Shown: positions 48,570-58,496, counted from the first letter of the stretch. The stretch is DNA of 64,000 nucleotides from Candidatus Acidiferrum sp. (GCA_035704085.1 DASSXG010000032.1:32748-96747), one strand, 5' to 3'. Made by a program: numbers and translations. The notes: generated from the letters alone by a model not told the origin.

Positions 48570-49667
48570 CTAGTGGCCGATGGAGCGCGGCGGCATGGCG
48601 GTCTTCGCCGCGTCGGGCAATTTGCCCGCGGCTTCGATCACCTGCTGCGCCAGATAATTTGTCGTGCGCGCTTCGTCCCGAACTGTCGCGAGATACGCGG
48701 AGCGTAGCAGTTGTTCCTTGCGATTTCGGAGCGTATCGCGAATCGTCTGCTGCACCTGGGGATCGTTGATGTCTCGCAATCCCGGTGATTCGCGCGTGAT
48801 GAGTTTCAGAATCCGGTAGCCTTCCTTCAATTGAATCGGCTGGCTCACCTGGCCTGGCTTCATTCCCAGAACCATTTTCTTCAGCGCCGGGTCAGACTGA
48901 TTCAGCGCGGACTCCGGCACATATCCGAGGTCGCCCCCCGTTCCCGCCGTGTTCATGTCCTCGGAATAATCCATGGCCAGCTGACCGAAATCCGCGCCGC
49001 TGTTGAGCCGGTCCATCAGCATTTTTACTTTGCGCTGCGCCTCAGCTTCGTTGGTCGCATCGTCATTCTTGCGGTTGCGGATCTGCTGCTCTTTCCTCGG
49101 CGTCACCACGATCTGCGCGATGCGGTATTGCGGCTCCGCCACGTTGAACTGCGCCTTGTTAGCGGCGTAAAACTCCGCGACGTCCTGGTCGGTGATGGAA
49201 ATTTTTGCCACCACTTCGCGGTTCAGCAGTTTCTGGATGGAAAGCTGCCGCCGCAGGTCGCTCTTCAAATCGTTCACCGTGACGGCGCGCTCTTTCAATT
49301 GCCGCTGGAACTCGTCCTCCGTGTAGGGGCTTTTAATTTCCGTGAACTTGTCTTCAACTTCGCCGTCGCTAGCCTCCAGGTTCAGCTTCTTGGCCTTTTC
49401 GAGCAGAATCTCGTTGTTGATGAGCTCGTCCAGGACATTCAGCTTCAGCGACAGCGCCTCTTCCTGCGAAGGTTCTTGCCCTTCGGGGTTCACCCGCGTG
49501 CGATAGTATTTGTCCACTTCTTCGCGCTTGATCTCCTTCCCGTTCACCACGCCCCACACGTCAGGCGCGTGCTGCGCCTGCCTGTTACAGCCCGCCGCCG
49601 CGGCAAACGCCAGCGCCGCCATCGGCAGCCACGCCGCCGCGCGCTTCAGTCCTCTTGAGTTCTTCAT
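48570..49667 (-). CDS. SurA-domain / parvulin-type peptidyl-prolyl isomerase lipoprotein
   Basis: Lipobox AAAGC; VNGKEI, ADFGQLAMDYSED...GGDLG, PGQVSQPI. Confidence 0.88.
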   Translation of the reverse strand: MKNSRGLKRAAAWLPMAALAFAAAAGCNRQAQHAPDVWGVVNGKEIKREEVDKYYRTRVNPEGQEPSQEEALSLKLNVLDELINNEILLEKAKKLNLEASDGEVEDKFTEIKSPYTEDEFQRQLKERAVTVNDLKSDLRRQLSIQKLLNREVVAKISITDQDVAEFYAANKAQFNVAEPQYRIAQIVVTPRKEQQIRNRKNDDATNEAEAQRKVKMLMDRLNSGADFGQLAMDYSEDMNTAGTGGDLGYVPESALNQSDPALKKMVLGMKPGQVSQPIQLKEGYRILKLITRESPGLRDINDPQVQQTIRDTLRNRKEQLLRSAYLATVRDEARTTNYLAQQVIEAAGKLPDAAKTAMPPRSIGH

Positions 49668-49719
49668 CAAATGCCCCACGGAACGCTGGTTCGCAAAAGG
49701 AAAACCAAAGGCTGGAGGC

Positions 49720-49911
49720 TCAAGCCGCTTTCTTGACTTTGCCGGCGCGGATGCACGCCGTGCAAACACGCACTTGTTTTTTCACGCCCGCCACGACCGC
49801 GCGCACGCGCTTCAGATTGGGATTCCAACGCCGCCGCCTGGTGTTGTTCGCGTGGCTGATTACGTTTCCGTAATGCGGCGCCTTGCCGCAGAATTCACAC
49901 TTCAGTGCCAT
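49720..49911 (-). CDS. rpmB: 50S ribosomal protein L28
   Basis: CEFCGK...GNVISHANNTRRRRWNPNL...VCTACIR. Confidence 0.95.
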   Translation of the reverse strand: MALKCEFCGKAPHYGNVISHANNTRRRRWNPNLKRVRAVVAGVKKQVRVCTACIRAGKVKKAA

Positions 49912-50091
49912 TGTTCTTCCCGCTTCTTCTTTGATTGTGCCTGGATTCTCTGACCTGGATGTCCCAAAACCAAGCTCCTCATTCTATCAGACCCCCAACC
50001 TCCGGCAAAGTAGCTCGGAGAGCCTGCGCCGCCTCAGTTTCCGATTATGCGACTTACCAGACCTACGCGGGGCGGTTACAAGTGCAATCAA

Positions 50092-50547
50092 TCAGAGTTT
50101 CTTTTCGAGCGACGCTATCTCACGTCGAAGTTGCTCGATTCTGGCCCGGACCCAAACGTTTGGGTCACGCTTCTGGGCCTCTTCCATCAAAGGGGCCAGC
50201 AGTTCGCAGATGTCATCGTGGCCACCAAGCCGGGCGGTCGTAAACGGCGCATCGCCTTCGCTCAGCGCAAACACGTCTGCGCCGCTATCGATCAGAAGCT
50301 TGACCATTTCGGCGTTCCCTTGCACGCACGCTACGTGTAGGGGAGTGTAGCCAAGGTCGCCAGCTTTGTTGACATCGATGCCAGCGTCAATCAGAGCCTT
50401 TCCAGCAGCGAGGTCGCCCCATCTTGCAACGAAATGAAGTGCATTATCGCCAACACTGCTGGTTGCATTCACATCAGAAAAATCAGTGTCGGCAAAGTCC
50501 GCTGTTCCGTGCAATCGTGCAAATATCTCTTCAAGTTGGCTGTCCAT
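50092..50547 (-). CDS. Ankyrin repeat protein (start may be 50562)
   Basis: GDNALH...LIDAGIDVN, GYTPLHVA...VKLLIDSGADV. Confidence 0.85.
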   Translation of the reverse strand: MDSQLEEIFARLHGTADFADTDFSDVNATSSVGDNALHFVARWGDLAAGKALIDAGIDVNKAGDLGYTPLHVACVQGNAEMVKLLIDSGADVFALSEGDAPFTTARLGGHDDICELLAPLMEEAQKRDPNVWVRARIEQLRREIASLEKKL

Positions 50548-50916
50548 GACCGTCACGAACACTCATTGGACACAGTGTTTGCAAAAGCGCCTTCACCAAC
50601 TGGCAAAAATATCCTCTAACACTCAAAATCCTATAGCTGGTGACATGCCTGGTTAACGCTAACCGGAAACTGAACCACTGTCGCCAGCTTCCACAACGAG
50701 CGTAGTTCACCTGGATCTGTCCGTGCGGCCCTCCCTGTTCTCTCGTACGGTTCAGGCCACTGCGCTGCGTACCAGTTACTCCCTGAAACTTATTGAAAAT
50801 AGAGAGGTTGCCTGTAAAGTACGGTCTCTCCTACCCCGCCGTACCATTGTTGCGATCCGTCCCGAACCCTACGTTGCACTCAGCGTGAGTGAAAGACTGC
50901 GCGCGGGACGTGATCT

Positions 50917-51951
50917 ATGGGCAATTCATTGGTATACCTCTGCAGGGCTTCCGGGCCGGTCTCGGCGGCCGCTGTGGCTTCCCGTCGCCGATCGAAAAGT
51001 TCGTTTCGATTGCTCCGTTCCATCCCGTTCTTCCTATTTCTCGCGGCGGCTTCCATCCTGGCCGGGTTTGCGGTTGGACGCCTCAACATTTCCTGGACTC
51101 ACTGGCCGAACTACTCTTCGGCACACGCGACTTCCTCATTGCCCACCGCGCCCGCTTTTTTATCCACCTCTGATCCCCAGCCTAAAAACGCTGACATGGA
51201 AGAAATCGGGCACCTCGCGCCGCAGCAACAGGCCGAACATCTTCTCGAACTAGCTGTCAATCTCCCCGAGCCGTCTCTCGATCTGATCCACAAGAATCTC
51301 GACTCCTGGCGGGGCCATCTGGAAAATACGGACCGCCTCTTTCATCTAGTGCTGGCGGCCCTAAAAGCAGACGATCCGCGCGTCCGCACCGCCGCGGTGG
51401 AAATAGACCTGGCGGCCAATCATCTCGAGAAGTCGCCCCAAAGCCTTGCGCGACTCATCCATCAAATTCACAGCGGCACGGATAGCCGATTCTTGGCCCT
51501 CTGGAGACTCGGAGCTCTCGGCAATCGCGGTGTCGAGCCAGCCGCGGTTCTTTCCACTCTCCTCCTGTACTCACGTGACGCCAATCAACAGACGCGCTTC
51601 TGGGCCGTCGAAGGTTTGGCTATGTTGGGCACGGAAGAATCCATTGATCCGCTCCTATCCGTCCTGGCCCATGACCCCTCCGCAAAAGTTCGGGAAGGCG
51701 CGGCATGCGGACTTGCGCGGACTGGTTTGCTGACCGGCCAGCAGCGACTGGCGGCGGTTCCCCAACTTCTCAATCTCCTGGATGATGATTCGCTCGATTC
51801 TTCGACACAGGATATGGTTTATTCCGTGTTGCAATCCGTTACCGGCGCCTCTCTCGGCAAAGACCCCAACGCCTGGCGTGCCTGGTGGGCCCATCACGAC
51901 CACCCCGAAAAACCCCATCATCATCTCCCTAAAGGCCTGCTGACTGCTTGA
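50917..51951 (+). CDS. Membrane-anchored HEAT-repeat protein
   Basis: One TM segment; DDPRVRTAA, TRFWAVEGL, DPSAKVREGAACGL; ending WRAWW. Confidence 0.75.
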   Translation: MGNSLVYLCRASGPVSAAAVASRRRSKSSFRLLRSIPFFLFLAAASILAGFAVGRLNISWTHWPNYSSAHATSSLPTAPAFLSTSDPQPKNADMEEIGHLAPQQQAEHLLELAVNLPEPSLDLIHKNLDSWRGHLENTDRLFHLVLAALKADDPRVRTAAVEIDLAANHLEKSPQSLARLIHQIHSGTDSRFLALWRLGALGNRGVEPAAVLSTLLLYSRDANQQTRFWAVEGLAMLGTEESIDPLLSVLAHDPSAKVREGAACGLARTGLLTGQQRLAAVPQLLNLLDDDSLDSSTQDMVYSVLQSVTGASLGKDPNAWRAWWAHHDHPEKPHHHLPKGLLTA

Positions 51952-52215
51952 TCCAGGCTTGCCTCTGCTCATCGTGAACGTCAATCTTAGCTTTGGCTGA
52001 AAAGCTGATTGATGGGACCCATAAATCGAGAGTCTAGTGCCCGCCTGCAGTTCATCCATTACGAAGCTCCGCCGGCCATAATTTAGAGGAGCGCGCCCTC
52101 CGGTACAGCCCTTGTTACTTTCGCGATTCTTTGGCGCAGGCGATAACCAGATGTCTTTTCCGCGCGTCAATCATTAGGTAAGCTGCCCTCCAGGAATTCC
52201 GCAACGGGAGGCCAC

Positions 52216-53085
52216 ATGAAACGTCGCGAGTTCATTCATCGCACCGCTTGCGCCACAGGAGCGGCATGGCTCTGCTCGGCGGGAGTCACGCGCCCCTTTT
52301 TGGCGATTCCCGCTCTCTCGCAGAAGTTCAACGCTTCGGACACCGTTACCCTGGGAAAGACCGGCATCCAAACCAGCCGCCTCGCCATGGGCACGGGCAC
52401 CGTGGGCAGCGGCCATCATTCCCATCAAACTGCGCTCGGCATCAAAGGTCTCTCCGATCTGTTACTCAACGGCTATGATCGCGGCCTGCGCTTCTTCGAC
52501 TCCGCCGATTCTTATGGCAGCCACCCGCACGTCGCGGAAGCCCTCAAGCATGTCCCGCGCGATAAAGTCACCGTGCTCACCAAGACCTGGGCGCGCGACG
52601 CTGCATCCGCCCGCGCCGATCTGGACCGTTTCCGCCGCGAACTCGGCGTCGAGCGGATCGACGTCTGCCTCATGCACTGTCTCACCGAAGGCGACTGGAC
52701 CGAGCGCTACAAAGGCGTCATGGATGTTCTTTCCGAAGCGAAAGAGAAAGGCATCATTCGCGCGCACGGCTGCTCTTGCCACAGCATCGAGGCGCTCCGC
52801 GCCGCCACAAAATCTCCATGGGTCGAGGTTCATCTCGTTCGAATCAACCCCATCGGCGCGTACATGGACTCCGATCCCAATACCGTCCTCAGCGTCATGC
52901 GCGAGATGCGCGCCGCCGGCAAAGGCATCATCGGCATGAAAATCCTCGGCCAAGGCGAGCTTCGCAATCGCCAGGACGAAGCCCTGCGCTTCGCTCTTGG
53001 CCTGAACTTGCTCGACGCTTTCACCATCGGCGCCGAATCCGTCTCCGAGCAAGAAGACCTTATCCGCCGCGTCGCCGCTGCGTAA
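52216..53085 (+). CDS. Aldo/keto reductase with a Tat-like signal
   Basis: RBS GGGAGG; MKRREF; LGKTGI..SRLAMGT, FFDSADSY, TK, LMH, KGIIRAHG. Confidence 0.85.
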   Translation: MKRREFIHRTACATGAAWLCSAGVTRPFLAIPALSQKFNASDTVTLGKTGIQTSRLAMGTGTVGSGHHSHQTALGIKGLSDLLLNGYDRGLRFFDSADSYGSHPHVAEALKHVPRDKVTVLTKTWARDAASARADLDRFRRELGVERIDVCLMHCLTEGDWTERYKGVMDVLSEAKEKGIIRAHGCSCHSIEALRAATKSPWVEVHLVRINPIGAYMDSDPNTVLSVMREMRAAGKGIIGMKILGQGELRNRQDEALRFALGLNLLDAFTIGAESVSEQEDLIRRVAAA

Positions 53086-53371
53086 CTCGCTGGATTCTGA
53101 CACCCGTGAATTTTTTCTAGCCACGGAAGCGACACGCGCGGTATACTTTTCTTGGTCAGAATTGTCTTTTTGATTTGGACTTCAGGCGCAGTCATCTGCG
53201 AAAGGCAGCGCCAAGGACAACGCCTATGTTCGTCCCTCAAGTCGCTGTACTCAACTAATCCGCTGCTAGCGCGGATCTGAATTTCTCCCTCGTTTCTGCC
53301 ATTCAACTGCCGCAGCCGCGTCAGCGCGCCTGATCTTCCATGCCGCGCCCACGCAGAACGTAAAGGTTTAC

Positions 53372-54787
53372 ATGTCGCTGGAACAAGCCGTTGTCACCCC
53401 GCCCCCTACATTGTGGAGCTCTATCCGCGAAGCCATCCGCGGGTCGCACCAGGACTTCACCACCGGCAGCCTCAATCGCGCCATTCTTCTGCTCGCCATT
53501 CCCATGGTGTTGGAGATGGTGCTGGAGTCCCTCTTCGCCGTGGTCGACGTATTTTGGGTTGGCCGTCTAGGCGCGGATGCCATCGCCACCGTCGGCCTTA
53601 CGGAATCCATGCTGAGTCTGGTGATGGCCATCGGCTTCGGACTCAGTCTCTCCACCACCGCCATGGTCGCACGGCGTATTGGCGAGAAAGACCCCGCGGG
53701 GGCAGCTGTCGCGGGTGTTCAGGCTATCGTGATCGGTCTGGCGTTTTCGGTGATCATCGGCCTGCCGTGCCTCTTTTACGCGCCGCAGCTCCTTCGCTTG
53801 ATGGGCGGATCGCCGCAGATTGTCGCCGTCGGTTCCGGCTACACGCGCATCGCCCTGGGGGGCGGCGGTGTGATTATGATGCCCTTTCTCAACAATGCCA
53901 TCTTTCGGGGTGCGGGCGACGCCGCCATCGCCATGCGCCTGCTCTGGGTCTCCAACATCATCAATCTCGTTCTCGACCCTTGCCTCATTTTCGGTTGGGG
54001 ACCATTCCCAAAGCTCGGCGTCACCGGCGCTGCCCTCGCCACGTTCACCGGCCGCAGCATCGGTGTGCTCTATCAATTCTATCGCCTTCTCCGCGGCACG
54101 GAGCGCATCCGCATTCTACGCAGGCAGCTGCATGTCAACATCCGTGTCCTGTTTCGGCTGTTGCGCGTTTCGGTCACGGGCATCTTGCAATTCGCCATCG
54201 CCCACACCAGTTGGATAGGCCTCGTCCGCATCGTTAGCATTTTCGGCTCGGCAGCCCTCGCTGGGTACACCATCGCCATCCGCATCCTCATCTTCGTGCT
54301 CATGCCGAGCTGGGGTCTCAGCAACGCCGCCGCCACTCTCGTCGGCCAGAACCTCGGCGCCAGGCAGCCCGAGCGGGCCCAGGTTTCCGTCTGGCGCACC
54401 GGCTTTTACAACATGCTCTTCCTTGGAGTCATCGGCGTCTTCTTCATTTTCTTTGCCGAGCCCGTCATTCGCCTTTTCACCAGCGATCCCGCCGTTGTTC
54501 CGCTCGCCGTGAGCTGTCTGCGCATTCTCAGCTACGGCAACATCGGCTACGCTTACGGCATGGTCATGCTTCAAGCTTTCAACGGCGCGGGCGACACCGT
54601 GACACCCACCGTGGTGAATTTTTTCGGTTTTTGGCTGCTGGAAATTCCTCTGGCCTGGTTTCTCGCCATCACCCTGCGCTTGCAGTCGAACGGTGTCTTC
54701 TGGTCCATCGTCATCGCCGAAGCTGCCATCGCAGCCGCTGGCATCATCCTCTTCCGGCGGGGCCGCTGGAAAGGCCAGCAAATCTGA
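53372..54787 (+). CDS. MATE family efflux transporter
   Basis: LAIPMVLEM...VDVFWVGRLG, FRGAGD, INLVLDP, GVTGAALAT, LVGQNLGA. Confidence 0.92.
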   Translation: MSLEQAVVTPPPTLWSSIREAIRGSHQDFTTGSLNRAILLLAIPMVLEMVLESLFAVVDVFWVGRLGADAIATVGLTESMLSLVMAIGFGLSLSTTAMVARRIGEKDPAGAAVAGVQAIVIGLAFSVIIGLPCLFYAPQLLRLMGGSPQIVAVGSGYTRIALGGGGVIMMPFLNNAIFRGAGDAAIAMRLLWVSNIINLVLDPCLIFGWGPFPKLGVTGAALATFTGRSIGVLYQFYRLLRGTERIRILRRQLHVNIRVLFRLLRVSVTGILQFAIAHTSWIGLVRIVSIFGSAALAGYTIAIRILIFVLMPSWGLSNAAATLVGQNLGARQPERAQVSVWRTGFYNMLFLGVIGVFFIFFAEPVIRLFTSDPAVVPLAVSCLRILSYGNIGYAYGMVMLQAFNGAGDTVTPTVVNFFGFWLLEIPLAWFLAITLRLQSNGVFWSIVIAEAAIAAAGIILFRRGRWKGQQI

Positions 54788-54837
54788 CCAATGGAACTCT
54801 CTATCTTGGTTGTGCTCAGTTTTTTCTGCTGTTGTTA

Positions 54838-54864
54838 CGGAGGCCGGTCCCGCACCGGCCTCCG
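54838..54864. terminator. Hairpin between convergent genes (probable terminator)
   Basis: Perfect 11-bp stem CGGAGGCCGGT-cccgc-ACCGGCCTCCG. Confidence 0.55.
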
Positions 54865-54878
54865 CAAGGCAACGGGAA

Positions 54879-55592
54879 CTAGCGTTTGAGTTGGGGAGAT
54901 GATTTTCGCAGCGCCGCGATCAAGTCCTGCGCCGCGGGAGGGGCATCTGCATCCGGCTCGCCGACGATTGTCGCCGCAGTAGCAGAGCTTCCGTAGAGTT
55001 TTTGATTGGCGCCATGATCCGGACGGAGCGTCGAACCATCGAGCGAGATTCCTGCAAACACTCCTCTCGCCCGCGAGTAGCTCAGAATCTCCGCGCGCAT
55101 ATAGGCATCCGTATCCGCTGAGGCAGAACGTCCTTTTGGTCCGGCCGCCGCGGACGCATCCGCTCCTAGCTTCACCTTGGTTCGCAGCAAGCTGCCTGCG
55201 CCGCGGTCATTGATCACGAGAAAGACGAAGTCCGTCGCCTCTCCGCCGATCTGAAGACCAACGCTGCCTCCTTCAAGCGCATACATGGCCGGCGCGCCCC
55301 ACGGACCGGTGTAATCTTTGCCGGTGCGGCAGACCATGGCCCCACGGCCATAGCTTCCTCCAACAACGAACGCCGCCTTCAGCACCGACGGCATCACCAC
55401 CACGCAGCGCGCCTTATCGATCAGGTCTTGCGGAATATCGTCAGGGACGTTGAGAATCTCCTGCATCACTTTTCCCGCATTCTGAAGGCGTTCCTGCTCG
55501 TCTTTTGCATTGCTCGGATTTTTTGCGGACAGGAAAGCTCCGCTAGCAAGCAGCCCTGCCGCTATTACGATCCAGCACTTTGTGTATTTCAT
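54879..55592 (-). CDS. Exported lipid-binding SYLF (Ysc84) domain protein
   Basis: RBS AGGAGG; signal peptide; KAAFVVGG.YGRG, GGSVGLQIGGEATD, AAGPKGR, SYSRARGVFAGISL.G. Confidence 0.9.
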   Translation of the reverse strand: MKYTKCWIVIAAGLLASGAFLSAKNPSNAKDEQERLQNAGKVMQEILNVPDDIPQDLIDKARCVVVMPSVLKAAFVVGGSYGRGAMVCRTGKDYTGPWGAPAMYALEGGSVGLQIGGEATDFVFLVINDRGAGSLLRTKVKLGADASAAAGPKGRSASADTDAYMRAEILSYSRARGVFAGISLDGSTLRPDHGANQKLYGSSATAATIVGEPDADAPPAAQDLIAALRKSSPQLKR

Positions 55593-55693
55593 TCGCAGCC
55601 CCTCCTAATAGGCCCGATTCATACCGATGTGCAATTGCAGTCCCTCCGAGCGGGCTGACTCCCCCGGAGTTCTAGGTGCCGCCCTCTAAAAGG

Positions 55694-55709
55694 GCAACCC
55701 TCGCGCCAG
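55694..55709 (-). promoter_or_regulatory. Candidate sigma54 promoter for the SYLF gene
   Basis: Minus strand CTGGCGCGAGGGTTGC matches TGGCRC-N5-TTGC. Confidence 0.5.
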
Positions 55710-55953
55710 ACTTGAATTCAATTTGATAAGCGCCTTTGAAATCAACGGCATGGAATAACCGTTCGCAGAATAGTGGTGTCGGCATCGAATCGGCTCTCCC
55801 GTGTAAAACGTACAGGGAGAAAGAAAAAACCGCACTTGTTTGCGTACTAGAACCAACACTCAGCGAGATTACTTATTCATGCAAACTCGCCAAAACTCAA
55901 AACTTATTTCAATGGCAGACCGAGTGCACATATAAAAGGGAAGGGAGAAAAAA

Positions 55954-56274
55954 ATGAGTAGAGAATTCTTCCTCAACGCGGTGGCCTGTTTCGAACACCA
56001 ACGGCTTATCGAAGAATGCAACACCGCCCTGGACATTTGGAACCAGCGGCGTGCCGAGGTTTGCGAATCTCCCTCAAACGGAAAGAAGAGTGGCGACGAA
56101 CTCCTGCGATTGCAGGCGAAGTACGCCAAGGCCTACACCGTATTGCAGAATCACATACACGGCTGCCCGCAGTGTCAGTTGGTGTCGAGAATTGGCGAGT
56201 TGAGGTCGAAAATAGAACGGCGCGATTCTGAAAACGATTCGCGCGTTGACTCGGACGTTACTTTATACAGTTGA
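55954..56274 (+). CDS. Hypothetical Cys/His-containing helical protein
   Basis: RBS GGGAG; C.EH..L..EC ... HIHGCPQC. Confidence 0.6.
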   Translation: MSREFFLNAVACFEHQRLIEECNTALDIWNQRRAEVCESPSNGKKSGDELLRLQAKYAKAYTVLQNHIHGCPQCQLVSRIGELRSKIERRDSENDSRVDSDVTLYS

Positions 56275-56448
56275 ACGGGCGGCTTCTCTCTTCGCCTTCG
56301 CTCAGCATTTTTTTCATACGCTGAACTCAGCCGAAGGGCGTGCTCTTCCACGGTTCGCCGGCTGCTAGCCAGGGAGTTCCACCCTTGCCTCCTTACCTCT
56401 TGCTGGGTTGCGGCGTATAATCTTTGCCACTCGGCAGGAGGTGCCGTC

Positions 56449-56844
56449 ATGGCCAAAACCAAGCAATTCACAATTTCCATTGATAATCATCCCGGCGCCG
56501 TCGCGCACATCGCGAAAACTCTCGGCGACGCCAAGGTAAACATTCTGTCCCTCTTGGGTACCGCCCAGGGCGCAGGCGGCACGCTGCAACTCATCGTTGA
56601 AGATGCTCGCCGCGCCAAGAAGGCCCTCGACTCGGCCCGCATCTCGTATCAGGAAACTCCTGCGGAACTCTACGACCTACCCAACAAACCCGGCGCACTC
56701 GCAAGCTGCCTGGATCAACTCGCGAAGAAGGGCGTGAACCTGAGCTCCATCCACGCCACCGCCTCCAAAGGCGGCAAGAAAGCCGTCGTGGTCTACACTG
56801 CCGAAGCCGCTACAAAGGTCGCTGCTGCCGGCGCATCGGCTTAG
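56449..56844 (+). CDS. Tandem ACT-domain protein
   Basis: RBS AGGAGGT; NHPGAV...LGDAKVNI and NKPGAL...LAKKGVNL; promoter TTACCT-N17-TATAAT at 56393-56421. Confidence 0.85.
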   Translation: MAKTKQFTISIDNHPGAVAHIAKTLGDAKVNILSLLGTAQGAGGTLQLIVEDARRAKKALDSARISYQETPAELYDLPNKPGALASCLDQLAKKGVNLSSIHATASKGGKKAVVVYTAEAATKVAAAGASA

Positions 56845-57097
56845 CTCGACGTCTCCGTACCGGCTCACCCAGCCGGCAATTTGGAACTCTGTTCGAGCTG
56901 TGTTAGGCTGGACACACTCCGCCACAGTTTCCAGCCCATATGTGCGTAACCCAGCTTCGGGTAACCTGTTGCCTTTATTATAGTTACAGACTGCATATCT
57001 GCCGGCAGCCAAAGTGCATCCCATGAAGAAGAAGTCCATTCGCAGACGCTCTTTTGCAAGACCGAAAGGCCGTCTCGTCAGAAGGGAGGGAGCCGCC

Positions 57098-58432
57098 ATG
57101 TCGGCCAAGAAGTTCTTCAAGCGGCTTCTTAGAAACCTTCTCTGCCTTGCGGCAGGACTTCTGGCCTTCGCTGCCTGCGCTTATACCGACTACCGTCTCT
57201 GGCCCTTGGACCTGCCCGCCTCGGCCCGCCCCCGCGTACCAATGGCTTCATTCCAGCGCAATCACGTTATCGTGCCCTTCACCCCCGGCGTCCCCGCTGC
57301 GGAAGTCGCCACTTTCAACGACCAGCTCGAGGCCTTTCTGCGCTTTGAATATTTGCGCGGGCGTGAAGCGCGCGATGGCCGCGATACATCGCGCATTCTC
57401 TTGACCGCCCTTAACACCGCGAAGGGGCCCTCGTACAAAATCTTCATCGTTACCGACAACGATCTGCTTACTGCCGTCCCTCAACTCGCCGGGCTCAAAG
57501 GCCGCAACTTGATCCCTCACTTCGAGCTCGACACTTGGTCCCAGAAGGATTTTTTCTATTACCAGCAGCAAAGTCACATGTTCGACGTGGCTTACGGCTT
57601 GCCCACCGAACAGAAGCTTGAAAATCTCAACTCCTTCAAGCTGCTTCCGGCGCTGGCTCAATTCCTCATTTTCAAATCGCAAACCGACAATCGCATCCTC
57701 GGCGGCGACGATCCCACGCTTCGCCCGCTCACGCGCGAACAGGCCACACAGCTCGCCACCGATATCCTCGACGTCGCGCATTTCTACAATCTTCCGCTTG
57801 ATTATTTCCTCGGCGTCGGCGCCATGGAAAATGATTACATGGACGTGAACGGCGATCTTACACACGCGGTTTGGAAAAAGCGCGTTCAACGTGGTGACGT
57901 CGTTCTTCGGCGTGCCCGCAAACGCGTCATGGTCAGCGACTACGCCATCGGCACCTGGCAAATTACTCGCGAAACCCTTCGCGCCGCGCATCTGCTTTAT
58001 TTGCGGGACAAACGTGACTACAGTCAGCTTCCCGCGCGTCTTCGCCCTCCGCGCGAATTGGATGTGAATTCTGTCGATGACGCTGTTTTAACCACCTATG
58101 CCGGATTGCTGCTTCGGGACTTGCTCGATCATTTCGGCGGCGACGTCGATAAAGCCACCGGAGCTTACAATGGCGGCATCAAAACGCCCAACCCCGCCTA
58201 CGCCTCCGGTGTGAAGACGGTGGCCGATTACGCCCGGCGTATCCTCGAGCACGCTTCCGTTCTCGATGACCCCGCCGCAATGACGCCAAACCCTGGCAAG
58301 TCTCAGTCTTCTACCGCTTGTTCAACTGTGGGATCCAACGCCGACAACTGCGTATCGCCCGTCCCGCCCAACCCGTCTCCCGCGCCAAACGCCACCGTGC
58401 CGAAACCTCCGTATCGCAAGGCCGACGATTGA
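57098..58432 (+). CDS. Exported protein with a C-terminal lysozyme-like / lytic transglycosylase-like domain
   Basis: RBS GGAGGGAG; N-terminal hydrophobic segment; GAMEND, AIGTWQI and GAYNGG motifs; Pro-rich tail. Confidence 0.6.
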   Translation: MSAKKFFKRLLRNLLCLAAGLLAFAACAYTDYRLWPLDLPASARPRVPMASFQRNHVIVPFTPGVPAAEVATFNDQLEAFLRFEYLRGREARDGRDTSRILLTALNTAKGPSYKIFIVTDNDLLTAVPQLAGLKGRNLIPHFELDTWSQKDFFYYQQQSHMFDVAYGLPTEQKLENLNSFKLLPALAQFLIFKSQTDNRILGGDDPTLRPLTREQATQLATDILDVAHFYNLPLDYFLGVGAMENDYMDVNGDLTHAVWKKRVQRGDVVLRRARKRVMVSDYAIGTWQITRETLRAAHLLYLRDKRDYSQLPARLRPPRELDVNSVDDAVLTTYAGLLLRDLLDHFGGDVDKATGAYNGGIKTPNPAYASGVKTVADYARRILEHASVLDDPAAMTPNPGKSQSSTACSTVGSNADNCVSPVPPNPSPAPNATVPKPPYRKADD

Positions 58433-58496
58433 GTATTGACATCTCTTCATGCTTGTCGGCTACTCCTGGATTTCTTGATCGTCAGGGGCCTTCAGT

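Noticed and set aside
50030-50060. XerC-like half site (minus strand AAGTCGCATAA) after the ankyrin gene
   Set aside because: No XerD arm (TTATGTTAAAT-like) at the correct spacing, so it is not a dif site.
49990-50700. Ankyrin gene as an integron cassette
   Set aside because: No RYYYAAC...GTTRRRY-bounded attC and no integrase in the window.
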